A stretch of 62,285 bases of DNA, filler included, from Aduncisulcus paluster (GCA_024181965.1; 5 parts of 5 records of this genome joined end to end with filler, not necessarily neighbours in it), one strand, 5' to 3'. Counted from the first letter of the whole stretch, positions 1 to 14,300 are shown. Numbers and translations are program-made. The notes: generated from the sequence alone by a model not told the origin.

Positions 1-674
1 GATGAGATAATCTTGGGAAATCTGGATTGATTTTGAAAGTTTCTGAAACACCGTTTCTCCGTTAAATTTCTCATTAATAATTCGATAAATGAAACCTTCT
101 GGTAATATAGATGAATGCATGGTGTTTCAATTGTTGGAAAATCTGTTTTATTCTGTTTTTTATTTCTTCGCAATTGCTAAGGTTTTTATTCATTTATAAC
201 TTACATTTTTAACAATTATTTTACTTAATTTATTAACAACTATATTCATTCATTTATTTTTTTATATTTATCAGAAGATCGAAGATGTCATTTTTTGGTG
301 GGACACTCTGGTAAAAACGATAACAAACAATAACACCTTGTATGATGAAGAATACATTCTTTGATTTTATTGGAAAAGTACCTTTTACAGTCGATTCTGG
401 AAACAACTTCAAGAAACTCAATAAGCTCAGGATGAAGGAAATCAAGAGTTTGGAACGAATAATATCTAACAAATGGAATTCTTGTTCAAAATTTTCGAGA
501 AAAACACCTTGATGTATAATCCATTGAATTTTTGTTGAAAATTTTGAGTTATCTCACGAAACAAAAACCTATTGTATATTGCATTATATAATAATAATTT
601 ACATGATCTTATTTATTGCTCCAATAATTCATGCAAAAAAATAATTCCAACGAAAATGAATAATACAAAATGAA

Positions 675-3600
675 TCATACATCCATAACACTGTACTCAT
701 CCTCTTCCTCCTCCTCTTCTTCCTCCTCCTCTTCTTCCTCTCCCTCCTCTTCTTCCTCTTCCTCTTCCTCCTCCTCTTCTTCTCTCTCTTCTTCATCCAA
801 TATTTCTTGCATTCCATTTCTTGACATGGTTGTTTGATCATAACCTTCAAATAAACATGTCTCTGCATCGAACAACATTTCTACGCCACATCCTGTTTGT
901 TCAATCAGATCATACACCGATTGTCTTAAAGATCTTTCATCGGTTGATGGAATCTGGACAAGCATATGTTGAGGAGGAGTGTATTGGATGAGAGAAGAGT
1001 GTTTGATAACATGAATGGTTTTCTGACAATGGATTTCTTCCTCTTCCTCATCTTTTTCTCCCTTCTCCTCTTCTTCTCCCTTCTCAGGTTCATCCAAAAT
1101 AGAACATAAATTGCCACATTTAAGGATTTTACAGTTGATTGATTCTCCATTAAATGCACAATAACATTTAGTTTCTCTCCAAATGCTCTGCAAAGTTTTT
1201 ACCATTTTCATACCACATATATATGAATTTATCAAACATGATGATTCTTGTTGGGAATCACCGGGTGGAAAAGTGTCGAAATAAACAGATTCAATAACAG
1301 GAATAAGACATATCATCGGAATAGAATGAATAAATTCTGAATAATATGTCAAAGCAATTGAGGAACAAACATTGTGAAAATATGGAGCCTTTTCATCCAT
1401 TTCTCGCGGATCAAGATCACCAAGATAGTTCATGAGACACCATTTGATGTTATTATCATATTTAGGAGATAATAATGGAATTAGAGCAGGAACGCTGGAA
1501 AGCATAGAAATAAGCTTTGTCCAAGGATTTTGATTGTTCATTTCATCTTCATAGAATCCCCGCTTTATCATGCGTTTGAATGATTCAAACCAGCCATCAA
1601 TAAGTGAATTTGTATATTCAAAGACTTCAAGGGCATGTGAATGATCACAACACAAATTAGCAAAAAAGGAAAGAATGAAGATATGATTATCCTCAGCAAA
1701 ATTCTCTCTACAAAAGTCACGAAATTCCTCATGTTTCTCAACAAACCGGATAATGGGGAGAAACAATGGCCAAGCATCGTCACACAACTTCACAATTGGA
1801 GCATTATCCTCAGTAGACCATGTGAGATTATTAAGACAAGATATCCACATATTAAATGACCAATTAGATTGGAATATCTTCCACCAATCCATCAAACATG
1901 GTTTAATCATCGTGAGAAGTGTCGTTTTGGTGAGTAACAGAGTCGAAGAGGAAAGAAGATGGATATATTCCAAGAGAGGCCTAGAAACAGAATCATTAAC
2001 ATTTGAAACAATACTTCGATTCTTACTTTTCTTGGGGTTTTTTTTCTTGGGAACAGACACACACCTTTCGAAAATTCTGCGGATTGATGGAGTGACCTTG
2101 AAGAAAAAAGAATCGAAAAGGGGATCATGCTTTACCAATTCAGAATAACCTAAACAAATCTTACAATACTCTTCATCAACTCTTCCTTTCAAAACCCTCT
2201 CAATTGTTGACATGTGCACAATTGAAACTTCCAGAAGATCGTTTGCGAGAGAAGTAGATAAATAGATATCTTCTCCGTGCTTTATGAATAGTCTTAAACA
2301 CTTCATACACAGTTCAATTTCTTTCGAATGTTTTTTGATGGCTGATTCGGTTTGATGCATTAGCAGAGTCGATAATAGGACATCGCTGTTCTGTTGGTAA
2401 CACGCAACAACAGTCCAACTGTCAGTTTCTTTGATTTCTTCAACAAGAGAATATAACTTGACAAGGGTTGGGTTTCTGCAATGATCAATATACCGTGTGT
2501 AAAGAGAATGTGTATCTGAAACAAAATACATTTGATACTTGTTGATATTCGCATCGCACCATTTCATATGATCATCAAATTTGGGAGAAATTTGAGGAAT
2601 CAAAGAGGGTATTTTTGAGAAACTGAAAAGCAAATACAACATATGATTGATACAAATTGAACTATCAAGGTAGGATTTCGTGTTTCTGAACCAAACTTCA
2701 ATTTGATCGGCGATGGCTTTATATACTTCAATGGCACGATCTTGATCACAACATAAATTAGCAAAGAAAAAAATGAAAGGATGATCATGTTTTACAAGCC
2801 CAGGTTTGGCATACTCAGACTTGGCATAAGCCAATGATGGGAGGAAGAATGGCCAGGATTCAGCACATAGTTGGGGGATAGGGGCACCAGTCTCATTTGA
2901 CCAGGTGAGATTGCCCAATAGAGTAGATTCCCAATATCCACACTGACCAACACTAATACGTGCTTCGAGGCATGGTTTGATTGCATCGAAAATCTCACGT
3001 TTCATGGCGGTAGTCTCCGACTGAAAAGAAAGGAGTCCAAGAGCTGATTCAATATAATTGGTTTCAATGGCATTGAACTTGTGTAATTCAAGAAGCCGTG
3101 TGAAGATTGGGAGAACTTTTGTGAAAAAGGAAGGGTCATAAATTTTCTTGATATAATAGAAACAAATTTCAACAAATATTTTTGAAAATTTAATGTTATC
3201 CTCCAAAAATGCAAGAACCACAGCCATGGGATGAAAAAAAGTCTCAATTAGTTCCAAAAAGTCATCTGTTTCGAGGAATTGTTCTTCTTGATAATCTATA
3301 GCTTCTCTTAGCATATTGTCATTTCGAACAAACCAGAGCAAACATCCGAAAACTTGAAGAGCTTCACTCTTGTGTGAGACAATTTGTTCTTTCTTATCAT
3401 TGTGATTGAAAAAGGATATAAGAGTTTTTCGATGTTTACGATAGAGTTTTGTTGTGGCAGAACTAGTCCGACAATTCTTGATTTCACGAGAATATCCAAC
3501 CATTTTCCCTTGTTCGGATTAGTTTTCTTCAAATAAATAGCGTAATGGGCTTCCGACCCAGTATTCCCTTTGTATTTTTCCATGGTTTCATCATATTTCG

Positions 3601-4861
3601 GTGAAATACGGGAGAGCAAAGGGGGAAGGACAACAAAAGCTGAAATAAGTTCTGTTATTGCGGAGATTTTGGTAGCATCTGGATCCGGATCTTTAAAAAT
3701 ATTATCAAACCATTTATCCATAAAAGGTTCAATGGTCTCATAAATTTCGATGGCTTGCTTGAGAGGAACTGAAGCACAGAGATAAGCAAAGAATTGAATA
3801 ATCTGTTCGAGAATACTTAAATTTCCTTCAAATGGTGGTTCAACGATCATTTTCATGATAGGATGGAACAAAAACATTAGTTTTTTACAAATATCCTTTT
3901 GAGGTTTCCCTGTTTCAAGCCAATTACGGTTTCGAGTCGAAAGATTGTTCAAAATATCCATCCAAATAAGAAAACACTCTTTCTCTGGATATTGGTGCAA
4001 CCAAGGAAGGATATGAGGGAGAAGAAATTTTAAAAATGATTGCTTTGCACCTTTTTTTTTGAGTTTGGCAAGTGACAAAATCAAATTGAGAAGTTTCTTC
4101 ACAAAGTAAGAAGGAAATTTCATTGAGACNNNNNNNNNNNNNNNNNNNNAGTCGAAAGATTGTTCAAAATATCCATCCAAATAAGAAAACACTCTTTCTC
4201 TGGATATTGGTGCAACCAAGGAAGGATATGAGGGAGAAGAAATTTTAAAAATGATTGCTTTGCACCTTTTTTTTTTGAGTTTGGCAAGTGACAAAATCAA
4301 ATTGAGAAGTTTCTTCACAAAGTAAGAAGGAAATTTCATTGAGACTCCAATAGAAAAAAGGTCGGAAAGGTAATCTGATATTTTCGGGAAAATTTCAAAA
4401 TAGAGACCAGGATTCCCATAGAAAATGCCAGAAATAATTTCAACGAAGTATATTGTAACAGAATTCACTTTAAATTCATCTTCAGAAGCCTCTAAGTGTG
4501 TTGAAACCCTCCTTTTCCCCATCTTAGATCCTTCATCAACTCGTAAAACTGATTCCACAAGAAGAATCCGAGGAAAAAAAGAAGATACCAAGTTTTCAAT
4601 ATTCATTTCTGAGAGATTCCTCTCACTTTCAATATTCCGAGTTCTGATAAAAACAGACAAACATTTGAAGAAAACCGTCAACAGCTCTCGATTAGCGGCG
4701 ATAGTCGCAGAGTTTTGACAATATTTGTCAAAAAGAGCCTCAATTTGAGTAAAATAAACATCAAAGAGACAGTTCAAGCTACTATAACTAGGAATATCTA
4801 TAACTCTCTGAATGAGTTCTTGAAGTTCAATTATTGAAAGAGTAGATTCACACTTTGACAT
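675..4861 (-). CDS. Large alpha-helical (ARM/HEAT-like) repeat protein with three ~330-aa internal repeats and a poly-E tail. Probably one gene, split by a gap artefact (4130-4149) and a frameshift near 3490
   Basis: ORFs 3308..4921 and 675..3503 share the same motif series three times (W..L.NL[ST]W/T, P...LC...WP.F.P, FFA[NY]LC, A.E[VI][YF]....WF, [IL]SPK[YF]D). The ORFs overlap at 3308-3503, where a 1-nt shift joins them (..KWLDI/REIKNC..). First ATG (MSKCEST) is at 4861. Confidence 0.7.
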
Positions 4862-5178
4862 TAATGGGATAGATATTGAAATAAATCTTATGACTGCCAA
4901 GAAAAAGTAAGACACCATCAAAATTTTGTGAATAATTTGTTCTTGAAGAATATAACAATCAAAATCGAATAAAATAGTTTATTTTCAAATCAAATTTTAA
5001 TAATCAATAATGATTAAAATTATAATATGACATTACAAGATCATGACGAAATTAAATTATGAAATAACCGGTTAAACCGGGATTTACCGAATAAAGTAGT
5101 TAAATTATGAAATTCTCGTTTCAATCATTATTTCTGCGCAACGAGAAAATATCATCTGGTTCTTATCGTTAAAATTAG

Positions 5179-6894
5179 ATGGAAATTGAGGGTGCCAGGT
5201 CTTTCTCTGGGCTAAATGGGTTTTGTGGTGTATATTGCCTCGTTTCTCAACATCCTCGCTTCCACAATCAGTGTTACATTGGATTTACAATTAATCCAAG
5301 AAGACGTATTCGCCAACATAATGGTGAGATAAAACAAGGTGCTAGAAAGACCAAAAGGAAAAGACCTTGGAAAATGGTTTGTTTTGTGAGTGGATTCTCC
5401 TGTCGAACAGCAGCTCTTCAATTTGAGTGGCAATGGCAGCATCCAGCGAAAGTTGCTGATGTTCAGGATTATATTCCACAGCATTCTTTTGGCAGTGTCA
5501 AGAGTATTCGTTTTCACATGTTTGTTCTTGGATTGCTTCTCCGTAAATCCCAGTGGAACGTTCAACCTTTGAATGTAAATTGGACTTATGCTGAGACAAT
5601 GAGTGTTGGAGGTTATATTGGGAAACAATTTAGAGTCGGAGATGTATTATATCCGCCATTACCAGCCACGATCACTTTCTCAAGGGTTCCACTCGATATG
5701 TGTTCGTTTCTCACCGTAACACGTCGGCGCGGGAAAGATGGCAGTGGAATTGTCATTTATAATCAAAAAGATGACCATAGTGATGAAGATGATGGAGAAT
5801 GGGATCTTGGTGTTGAAGACAGTGATGACAGCTCCGAGGAGTCGCATTACCAGTGTGATTCCCTGTCAGATCCTGATGAAAGGATAATATCTATGTCCAA
5901 ACGGAAAGGAACAAGAAAGCACAGTTCAATTCCTCCAAAGTCAAAGTGTTCCAGCGACCATCAAACAGCGATATCAACAAAAAAATCAAAGCTCTCTGCT
6001 AAAAGGAGATATTCCCATTCAAAAGCAAGCCATGATGACGAACATTGTGTTGATGAATTTGACTGCAGCATTCCGGCAACTCCTTGTATTGTTCCCCTTC
6101 AAGCTTCAACTTCATCATCCGTTGAGAGTCAAGAATCGGCCGAAAGATCTTCTTCCGAGCTTGTGTGTTCGATTTGTCTCCTTCCGTTGACACACACGTT
6201 CTCGCAGTGCCCCCATTGTTCTCTTTTGACTCATCTTCATTGTATTGCCCGGTATTATCTTATGGAACAAGACAGAGAGATCAAAGAGAAATATTCTACG
6301 TCTGAGCAGACTTCTTTAACAACGTCTGCTTACGATTCAAATCCACCCATTGATTTAGCCTATAGATACCAATCAAACAAATCGTATAGATCAAAATGTG
6401 CTCATGGATTGAGTTTTAAACATTCCTCTTCTTCCTCCTCTTCCTCCTCTTCCTCTTCCTCCTCTTCCTCCTCTTCCTCCTCTTCCTCTTCCACTCGTCT
6501 TCCTCCTCTTCTTCCTCCTCTGATCCCCTCTCTCTCTCTTGTTGATACCCAATGTCCTCAGTGCAGACGTAGAGTATGCTGGAACGAGCGGATAGTGGAG
6601 ATGGTAAAGCGAATCACAGGAGATCGAGGAGATCGTAGGGATTTATATATAGATTCTGAGAAAAAACAAGACAAGGATAAAACATCAGGTGCACCTTCTC
6701 GAACACAGACCGCAAGGGAAAAAGTGTTAAGAGATACACCCAAAGTGTTTATTGCAACGGGGATGACTCAAATGGGGGCTACTCAGACTCAATTGGGGGC
6801 TACTCAAGCTGATACTTCATCTTCTGAAGAAGAAGAAGAAGAAGACGAAGAGCACGACGGGATTAGTTTTTCTTTTGAGTCATCCTCTTTTTGA
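5179..6894 (+). CDS. SLX1: Structure-specific endonuclease subunit SLX1 (GIY-YIG nuclease plus C-terminal RING-like zinc finger)
   Basis: GVYCL..CYIGFTINPRRRIRQHNGEIKQGARKT..RPWKMV..GF..RTAALQFEWQWQHP is the SLX1 GIY-YIG signature. CSIC..CPHC..HLHC..CPQC supply zinc ligands. Confidence 0.93.
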   Translation: MEIEGARSFSGLNGFCGVYCLVSQHPRFHNQCYIGFTINPRRRIRQHNGEIKQGARKTKRKRPWKMVCFVSGFSCRTAALQFEWQWQHPAKVADVQDYIPQHSFGSVKSIRFHMFVLGLLLRKSQWNVQPLNVNWTYAETMSVGGYIGKQFRVGDVLYPPLPATITFSRVPLDMCSFLTVTRRRGKDGSGIVIYNQKDDHSDEDDGEWDLGVEDSDDSSEESHYQCDSLSDPDERIISMSKRKGTRKHSSIPPKSKCSSDHQTAISTKKSKLSAKRRYSHSKASHDDEHCVDEFDCSIPATPCIVPLQASTSSSVESQESAERSSSELVCSICLLPLTHTFSQCPHCSLLTHLHCIARYYLMEQDREIKEKYSTSEQTSLTTSAYDSNPPIDLAYRYQSNKSYRSKCAHGLSFKHSSSSSSSSSSSSSSSSSSSSSSSTRLPPLLPPLIPSLSLVDTQCPQCRRRVCWNERIVEMVKRITGDRGDRRDLYIDSEKKQDKDKTSGAPSRTQTAREKVLRDTPKVFIATGMTQMGATQTQLGATQADTSSSEEEEEEDEEHDGISFSFESSSF

Positions 6895-7445
6895 TTGGAA
6901 TAAATATCATTAAATTTATTATTATTAAAATCAAAACCATTTTTAATATGTTTGATTTAATTTACTTCTTCAATCAGCTACTTTTGAACCTGGCAACTTT
7001 TCTGGGAGATTACACATCTTAAACTAATGATTTCGCTTCAAATGCAATCTTAACATTGATATTTTGCCAATTTTAATGATTTAATGGATATTTTTTAATG
7101 GAATTCCTCAACTCAATAGCACATTTTTCTATGCTGGGGTTGATTTGTCTGATCCATCTTTCAATGTAAATTATAATCAACCATGTCATTATTATCGTTA
7201 ATATTGATCGTAACTTTGAATAATCATGGCAATATTATGTTTTATGAACTTCCTTCAATATCACCTAGTTATACTTCTAGTTCAACATATTATTTTCGAT
7301 TTTGTCTTCAATTATTCCGTAATATATATAATAGATTTATTCCAGAATTGACATAACTTCTTTATTATCCCCCAAATACTTTTCTCTTGTCAACATTTGT
7401 CATCCCAATTATTTGTGTATTTTTGGTCTCCATTTCTATTTTGTA

Positions 7446-8804
7446 ATGTTATCTCCACAATCTCTTCATAATCAAGCTCTTAAAGCTTCAATTAGTGAGT
7501 ATTCCAGGGTGATTAGTTTTCTATTGTCGGGATCACCAACTCTATCTCGCATTGAGTATTCGCTCTCATTCATCTCGAAAGGAATTCAAATAGGCAACAA
7601 AAACGTAGGAATATCAATATATTCATGCGATCAATTACCTCTTTTTGTCGAACAATTAGCTAAATTTATTATTTCCCCCGAATACGAAGATAATGAACGC
7701 GTAACCGAACCAGCCGCCCATATTATTTCTGCTGTCATAAATCACGGAGTTACCCACGAAAAAATTGCCAAATCTTTTGTTAGTAGCGATTCTATTCTCC
7801 GCTATTTAATGTTCCCAATTATTAGTGGTTCCTTCAGCCATATTACTGTTGCTCACCTTATATGGTCCCTCGATGGTTTTGCTCGGATTGGGTCTCGAGC
7901 TGCAATGAAAATACTTCAAACCAGGCATTTCACGGAGAGTATTGGTGGATGGTTACGTCTAACTCGAACTTCTGCGGCCGCTAGTAGTCTTCTTTGCACT
8001 CTATGCCGCTATGATTCTGTATTCTATCGCCTTGCTTGTGATCGTATGTATTTCATAATCGTTGAAATTCTCTGCCATGTTGCTCTCCACCCAGGCTCAG
8101 TTCCTGGGACTCCCAGTGCCTCAATGCCATATCTTGATATCAACAGTGCACCTTTGCCAAGCATTAGACTGTTTGAGGGAGTCATGAGTCCTGGACTTGA
8201 TCATGGGAAAGTTGTAAGGGAAGAAGAATCGGTGATTGGTGATTTGTATAACGAACGTGTTTTTGACATTTTCTCCCCAATTACCCCTCAAATTCAGACC
8301 TTTGCTTCAGCTGATTCATCCATGCGTCTGTTTTCAAATGAGTTTATTGACTCCTTCCATCACGATGCTGGTTGTATTGCTGCTTCAGCTCTGGGGACTA
8401 TTCTCAAGCGAACTGAACATAGATCTCTTGAAATTGCGCGCAAAAATGGGATATTTGAGGAATGTCTTCGCTTTGTTTTGAAATCTCCAATGAGAAAGCG
8501 CTGTATGTTTTATATTTTCCTCCTTCGAAGTTTCGTCTCAGGTGTCTATTCCCTCCACCAGAAGGAAGAGGAAGGCAACAAGATGCTTAATGAGTTTTTA
8601 GGATGCGTAGGGAGTATTATTGAATCGTATTTTTCTGTCCCACAAAGTGAAGGTGGAGGAAAACATGAGTCTATGCCACCATGTGATCTCCACGATATCT
8701 CCGGAGGAGGATCGATGTTCCACCAAACCACAAGAGACTTACAGGCAATTAAAACAAAAGAAATCAAAGAAAGGCTGAGAAAAGAAAAGCTGAGAAAAGA
8801 AGAA

Positions 8805-8851
<47 letters not shown>

Positions 8852-9958
8852 AGAAGAAGAGGAAGATAAAGAGGAAGATTCGGATATTGATATTAAAGAA
8901 TTACCCCAGGGAAGAAGTTATGATGGAGCTTTTCAGAAGAAAAAACATGTTCAGCTAAGTGACAAAGATAAACTTACTATAAAGCCACCTATAAAATCAG
9001 TGAAGTGGAACCATACTATTAAAGACCCCCTCTCGAGTTATTATGGAATAGAACCGATGGCTTTCATTTCCTCACATGATCGCAAGTGCACAGAGCTAGA
9101 AATTGTCCAAGCACAGGCATCGCTTCTACAGCTTCTTGTTGTGGCCGCCATCGAGAGTGGTTCAAAGGTTTTACAACTACGAGGCGAGAAAGCTGAGAAN
9201 NNNNNNNNNNNNNNNNNNNACCTATAAAATCAGTGAAGTGGAACCATACTATTAAAGACCCCCTCTCGAGTTATTATGGAATAGAACCGATGGCTTTCAT
9301 TTCCTCACATGATCGCAAGTGCACAGAGCTAGAAATTGTCCAAGCACAGGCATCGCTTCTACAGCTTCTTGTTGTGGCCGCCATCGAGAGTGGTTCAAAG
9401 GTTTTACAACTACGAGGCGAGAAAGCTGAGAAACTTGACGCTGAAAGTTTTTTCATTTCTACACTTTGTCATGCGAATTGTTGGCTGATTGACACCCCAT
9501 TTGTGCACTCAACTGTCCTGAAAACCATGGCTGATTTGTGTATTGTTGATAAAAATATTGCCACTTTGCAAAAAGCAGCCAAAGAGCTTTCTAAGCATGT
9601 CTTTTCCGAAAGAAGACGTTTTTCTGTGGCTCTTCGTGGCACTGCTTTTGTGAAGATTAATCCCTCGTCGTGTAGCAAAGCTTTGTTAATCAACAAATAT
9701 ATTGCCAATTCTTTAGTTTCTTATTGTGAAATGCTGATTGAAAGGGGATCCGATTCTCTCCAGCTGGCTTTCTTTAAGAATTCTCAGATTCCATTGATAT
9801 ATGAACGGCTTAAGGGACAAGGTGACAAGGATCTTGAAGAACGAATGAGTTTAGTGTGTCAAATCATGGCTGAAAAGAGTGCAACAACGACAAAATCAAT
9901 TGAATCTCCAAAATATTCATCTCACGAAGCTGGAGTCGGAATTGGAACTATTTTGTGA
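7446..9958 (+). CDS. Hypothetical helical (ARM-like) protein with a poly-E tract; one gene interrupted by a gap with a duplicated flank
   Basis: ORFs 7413..9227 and 9233..9958. Sequence after the gap (9220-~9431) repeats ~8987-9199, so the two ORFs collapse into one. Confidence 0.65.
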
Positions 9959-10233
9959 TGATTCATTTTATTGTTTTTATTTTATTTTATAAAAAGTTTA
10001 GATATTAAGACGCATTCACATAATCACATTTTTCTCGTTCATTATTATTGATCTTTTGCCTTTTAATTTACATTAACCATGGAAGAATGAATCAAATCAG
10101 AGAATTAATTGATCAATAAAATTTCAAATTCGATCGATAGCTAACATGTTATTCCAAATTTAATTTGGACTAAATTAAAAAGATTTGTTCTATTTTTAGA
10201 AATAAAGCTCTTATATTTCCATATTGTTCCTTC

Positions 10234-10878
10234 TCATTCTTCTTTGACCTCAAAATCGAGTCCTGAGGCAAGAGTAGCAAGAAGAGGTTCTCCTTTACCA
10301 ATACAAATAGCAATATGCTCTTTAACATAAGCTTTATGGGCCTCAGTGACGTCCATAGTTCCTTTCTTATGTCTGAATAGTCCGCAGCAAATAGAATTCA
10401 AATTGGGACAAGCAGCCATTCCAGCATTATATATCTTTTTAACAGCCCAATTGTGGTGTTTTGAGAGAGTGTCAGCGTATGCAGCACGTCCAGCAGCCTT
10501 TGGAGAATCAAATTTCCCTTCTTCAAGAACAGAGTTCTTCAAAAAGGTTAGAATAAATTCCATGACATGAACTAAGGCCAAGGCAGCCTTTTGATATTGG
10601 GTCATTACTCTTTTGCCCTTCCTATCCTTGGCAACTTCTTCAAGAATGGATTGTACACCAATCATCTTAGTTTCATCTCCTTCATAAATTTTTTCCAATG
10701 AATCACATGAAGTTTTAATTGTATTGGCCACAGGATGCATCGCAGGAACACCCAAGGTGACAAAAAATTCATGGATCAGATAGCATCCTTTTACACAGGA
10801 AACGATGTCATACTTCTCCATAGATCCATCGTATTTATCCCATAATTCCAAAATATCGGCAGCAATGTTCTTTTCCAT
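10234..10878 (-). CDS. Glycolipid transfer protein (GLTP/HET-C2 family)
   Basis: AL.LV..MEFI..FL...AGRAAYADTLSKHHNWAVKKIYNAGMAACP matches the GLTP C-terminal motif (AY..TL..HH.W.V). About 214 aa from the ATG at 10878. Confidence 0.8.
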   Translation of the reverse strand: MEKNIAADILELWDKYDGSMEKYDIVSCVKGCYLIHEFFVTLGVPAMHPVANTIKTSCDSLEKIYEGDETKMIGVQSILEEVAKDRKGKRVMTQYQKAALALVHVMEFILTFLKNSVLEEGKFDSPKAAGRAAYADTLSKHHNWAVKKIYNAGMAACPNLNSICCGLFRHKKGTMDVTEAHKAYVKEHIAICIGKGEPLLATLASGLDFEVKEE

Positions 10879-11371
10879 TCTATCTTGCAGAGAAAAACAG
10901 AAATTGAAAATAGCTCTGTGCCCAGCTTGGGCAAATAATATTATCAATGTTCATTTAACCAAGATTTTATTTTGTAATAACGAAAAAAATTCTAATGATG
11001 TGATAATAAACAATAAATTGTTGAAGAAATAATTTGTCCTGGATTCATTGCAATATTTTCGACTATGATGTCCATTGAAGCACTATTGAAGTCCATTCGA
11101 TCAAAGAAATGCAATTCTCTTACACATGAATGCAATGAATAAGTCATTTAATTGCAAGAGAATATCAAAATAGGCCTGATATTGGATGTTGTTGTAAGAC
11201 GCCCCGTCCGTCCTGATATTGGATGGAACTTGAGCATCCTGCTTGTGCATCAACTGAGCTATGCAAGAAAAAGTTGGATAATAATTATATAATAACCAAT
11301 TAAAACTAATTAAGCCATTAGAGCAGATTAGAAAAGAGTTAAAACAATCCATGAGATAGTGGCTTGATTGT

Positions 11372-14300
11372 TCATTTCCTTTGAGATTGAGTTGAAGAAT
11401 GCTTTGATGAAGCCGACATCCCATAAAAAGCCTGTATTTTCTTTGACTTTTCTTGACTTCGCTTCTTCTCACTATCTTTCGAACCTGACGTCCTTTTATG
11501 TACCTTTAACCCATTATCTTTGTTGTTAAGATCTAATCCAGTAAATTGTAAATATTTCTTCAAGGCAATTTCTCTTGCTTTAGCAGCTTCAAGAGGGGAA
11601 GAGGAAGAGGAAGAGGAAGAGGAAGAAGAGGTTCCTTTGACAACGCCGATGCTTGAAGACTTTAAAGGTTTTTTATGGATGGATGATCTTTGGGATTTTC
11701 GAACCATCAATCGTTCAGTTTGCACAGCTGATTGTGCCTCTTTCATCTTTTTCACAGTTTCAGCAGGGTTGAAATAGTCAGAAGGAGAAGTTCCATTTTT
11801 AGAATGTGATTGAGAAGATCTATTTTTAGATGAAGAAGAACCTCTCTTCAACATATCTCTGATTGCTTGCATACTAGCATCCATTTCTTTGTCCGTTTCA
11901 ACAATTCTCCTCATTTTTTTCTCGGTCAAACCTCTTGAAGCTGTTGATAAATTAAAATGTTCTTTTCCATACCCTATAGCTATAGATTGCGCCATTTCCC
12001 TTTTCTCTCCTTCTCCCTCTCTTCTCTCTTCTTCCTTTTCTTCCTTCTTTCCCTCCTCTTCTCCTTTCTCCTCTTCTCCTTTCTCATCTTTCTTCTTCTC
12101 GGCAATAATATCAGAGAAACGACCGCTCTCAACACAAGCCATAACAGCTGGTTTAATAGACAGATATAATTGTTTAAGACGATCAGAGATATCGTTACCG
12201 TTGCTTACACTCTTATTCACAGTTTCACTGACAACTTCATTAGGTGTTCCAAATTTAGATACTTGAGAAAGAGGATGATCATCAGCATCAACATGAGATG
12301 AGTCAGGACCAAGAGGAGGAGGTGGAGATGTCATGATTTGCAAAGAAGTTGATGGTAAATTATGTTCTTCTCCTTCAACCGTTGTACTTTCTCCTTGTAC
12401 CTTTGACATTTCTAACGATTCTTTCTCAATGGAGCTAAAAATAGGTGATTCCGAGAGTATTGGTGAGTCTCCTTCTGCTTCTTCCTTAGCTTGAACAACA
12501 TGGGATTTCATCTGACGCATCTGACGCAATTCCTTCAATACAAAAGGATTAGCGGCACTCTCAACCAGAACACGTTTTAACTCTTCTTCTGACGCCAGCA
12601 TAGAATAATCTCCTTCTTTCAATGCGCTTGAAGCAACACTGAGCTCCTGAATGGAGTTCTGAACACTCAACAAAGTATTATTTAGCGTGGTTTCATATAC
12701 CCGACGAACACGATCACATCTTTGAGCATGGAGATATGAAGAAGAAGATGAAGAGGAAGATGAAGAGGAAGATGAAGAGGAAGTTTGAAGGGAAGATATT
12801 CCTAATCCACGTTCCCTTTCACGTCCTTCTCTTCGAGATTGGATAAAAGAAGAGGAAGAGGAAGAGGAAGAAGAGAAAGCGGATGATGGAGTTGAAATCT
12901 TTTTGTTTTTTCGTAGTAGAGGTCTGTGTGAAGAAACAATAGTCGAAGATAAATTATGATTTTTGTGCTGTTTCTGTTGTTTTTCAATAGCTCTTCTTTC
13001 AAGGGGAGTCATTGCATACGAATCGTGAGAATGTGGTGCAAAAATAGAACAAAGTTGCGCAAAAACAGAAGAAGTAGTTACGGAAGGCAATGATTCTGTG
13101 TCTATTCTTTGAGTCGAATCACGATCACCAATAACAGCTCCACCATCAAAATCGCTAGTAGCAGAACCATTCTTTGTTGTTCTATTTTTAGAAGAGTGAG
13201 AAGAAGATTTTTTACCACCATTTCCTTTCGTAGCACCATTCTTGGCACCATCTCGAGAACTACCAGAAGAGGTGAGACTTCTCATCTTTTCCATCCTATC
13301 TGCTTTTTTCTTCTCCTTATTCCACAATTCTCGCACCGAATCGGAAAGTGTCGGTGGGGCCGGAAGATCGTTTATAACCGGCAATGTATCTTGTAAGTAC
13401 AATGAAGAAACCGAAGAAGCCGAAGGAAAGAGAGAGGAAGAGAGTAAAGAAGATGTTGACAAAACAGAGGAAATAGATGCAGGTGAAATGGAGGATTCAA
13501 TGATTGGGGAAGGAGTTCTATCTCTCAAGGTTGTTGTTGATGTTGGCGTTGTTCTATTTTTAGAAGAGTGAGAAGAAGAGGAAGGATGAATGCCAGAAGT
13601 TTGATGTTGTTTGGAAGGAGAAGGAGTTGCTGGAATAGTTGGAGACACAACAGATCTATTTGTGGACGAGGAATGAGGAGGAATAGTTCTATTTTTAGAA
13701 GAGTGAGAAGAAGATACACCTGCAGAAACTGGAATGGTGGAATTAGGACGAGACGAGGATGCGTTTTGTCTTGATTTGCTTTGACGCACTCGTTGTGCTT
13801 TTTGTCTTTTTTCGTCTAATATTTTCTGCTTTGCATCTTCGACCTTCTTCCTGGCAGCAATTCTCTCATTTTCTCTCTTTTCCCTCTCTTTCTCATCATT
13901 CTCTATTTTTAGTTGTGCCTTTTCCTTTTGTAATTCTTTATCTTTCACCATTCGATCAATTTTCTCATCCTCTTCTTTCTCATCATCTTTAAATAGACCT
14001 TCTAAATGTGACAAGAAATCATTTTGACGTTTCTTTTCCCGATCAAGCATTTTCTTGACAAACCCCTCTTTTGCGGGCTGTGGTTTTGCAATGGAAGACT
14101 TTGTTGGTTTCTTGTGCTCAGTGACACCATCGGGAATAATCGATTCTAACCGGTTATCTATCGTCTCAAACCGTTGTTCAATCTTCTCCTTGAGCTCATC
14201 TGTTGGAACAATACTTTCCATTGAGATCTGGACAGGCACTGTTGCCTTAAATGTGGTGGCTTCTCTCACCGGTGCAATGCCGGTTTCAACAGGCACATCA

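Noticed and set aside
3935..4345. ~195-bp tandem duplication (also ~8987-9431 and ~26139-26590)
   Set aside because: Each pair straddles a 20-N gap. These are unmerged contig overlaps, not biological repeats
11101..11472. Short ORFs in spacers (also 19924-20171, 25014-25232, 43042-43386)
   Set aside because: AT-rich and without recognisable motifs. They may be decayed gene fragments but cannot be supported
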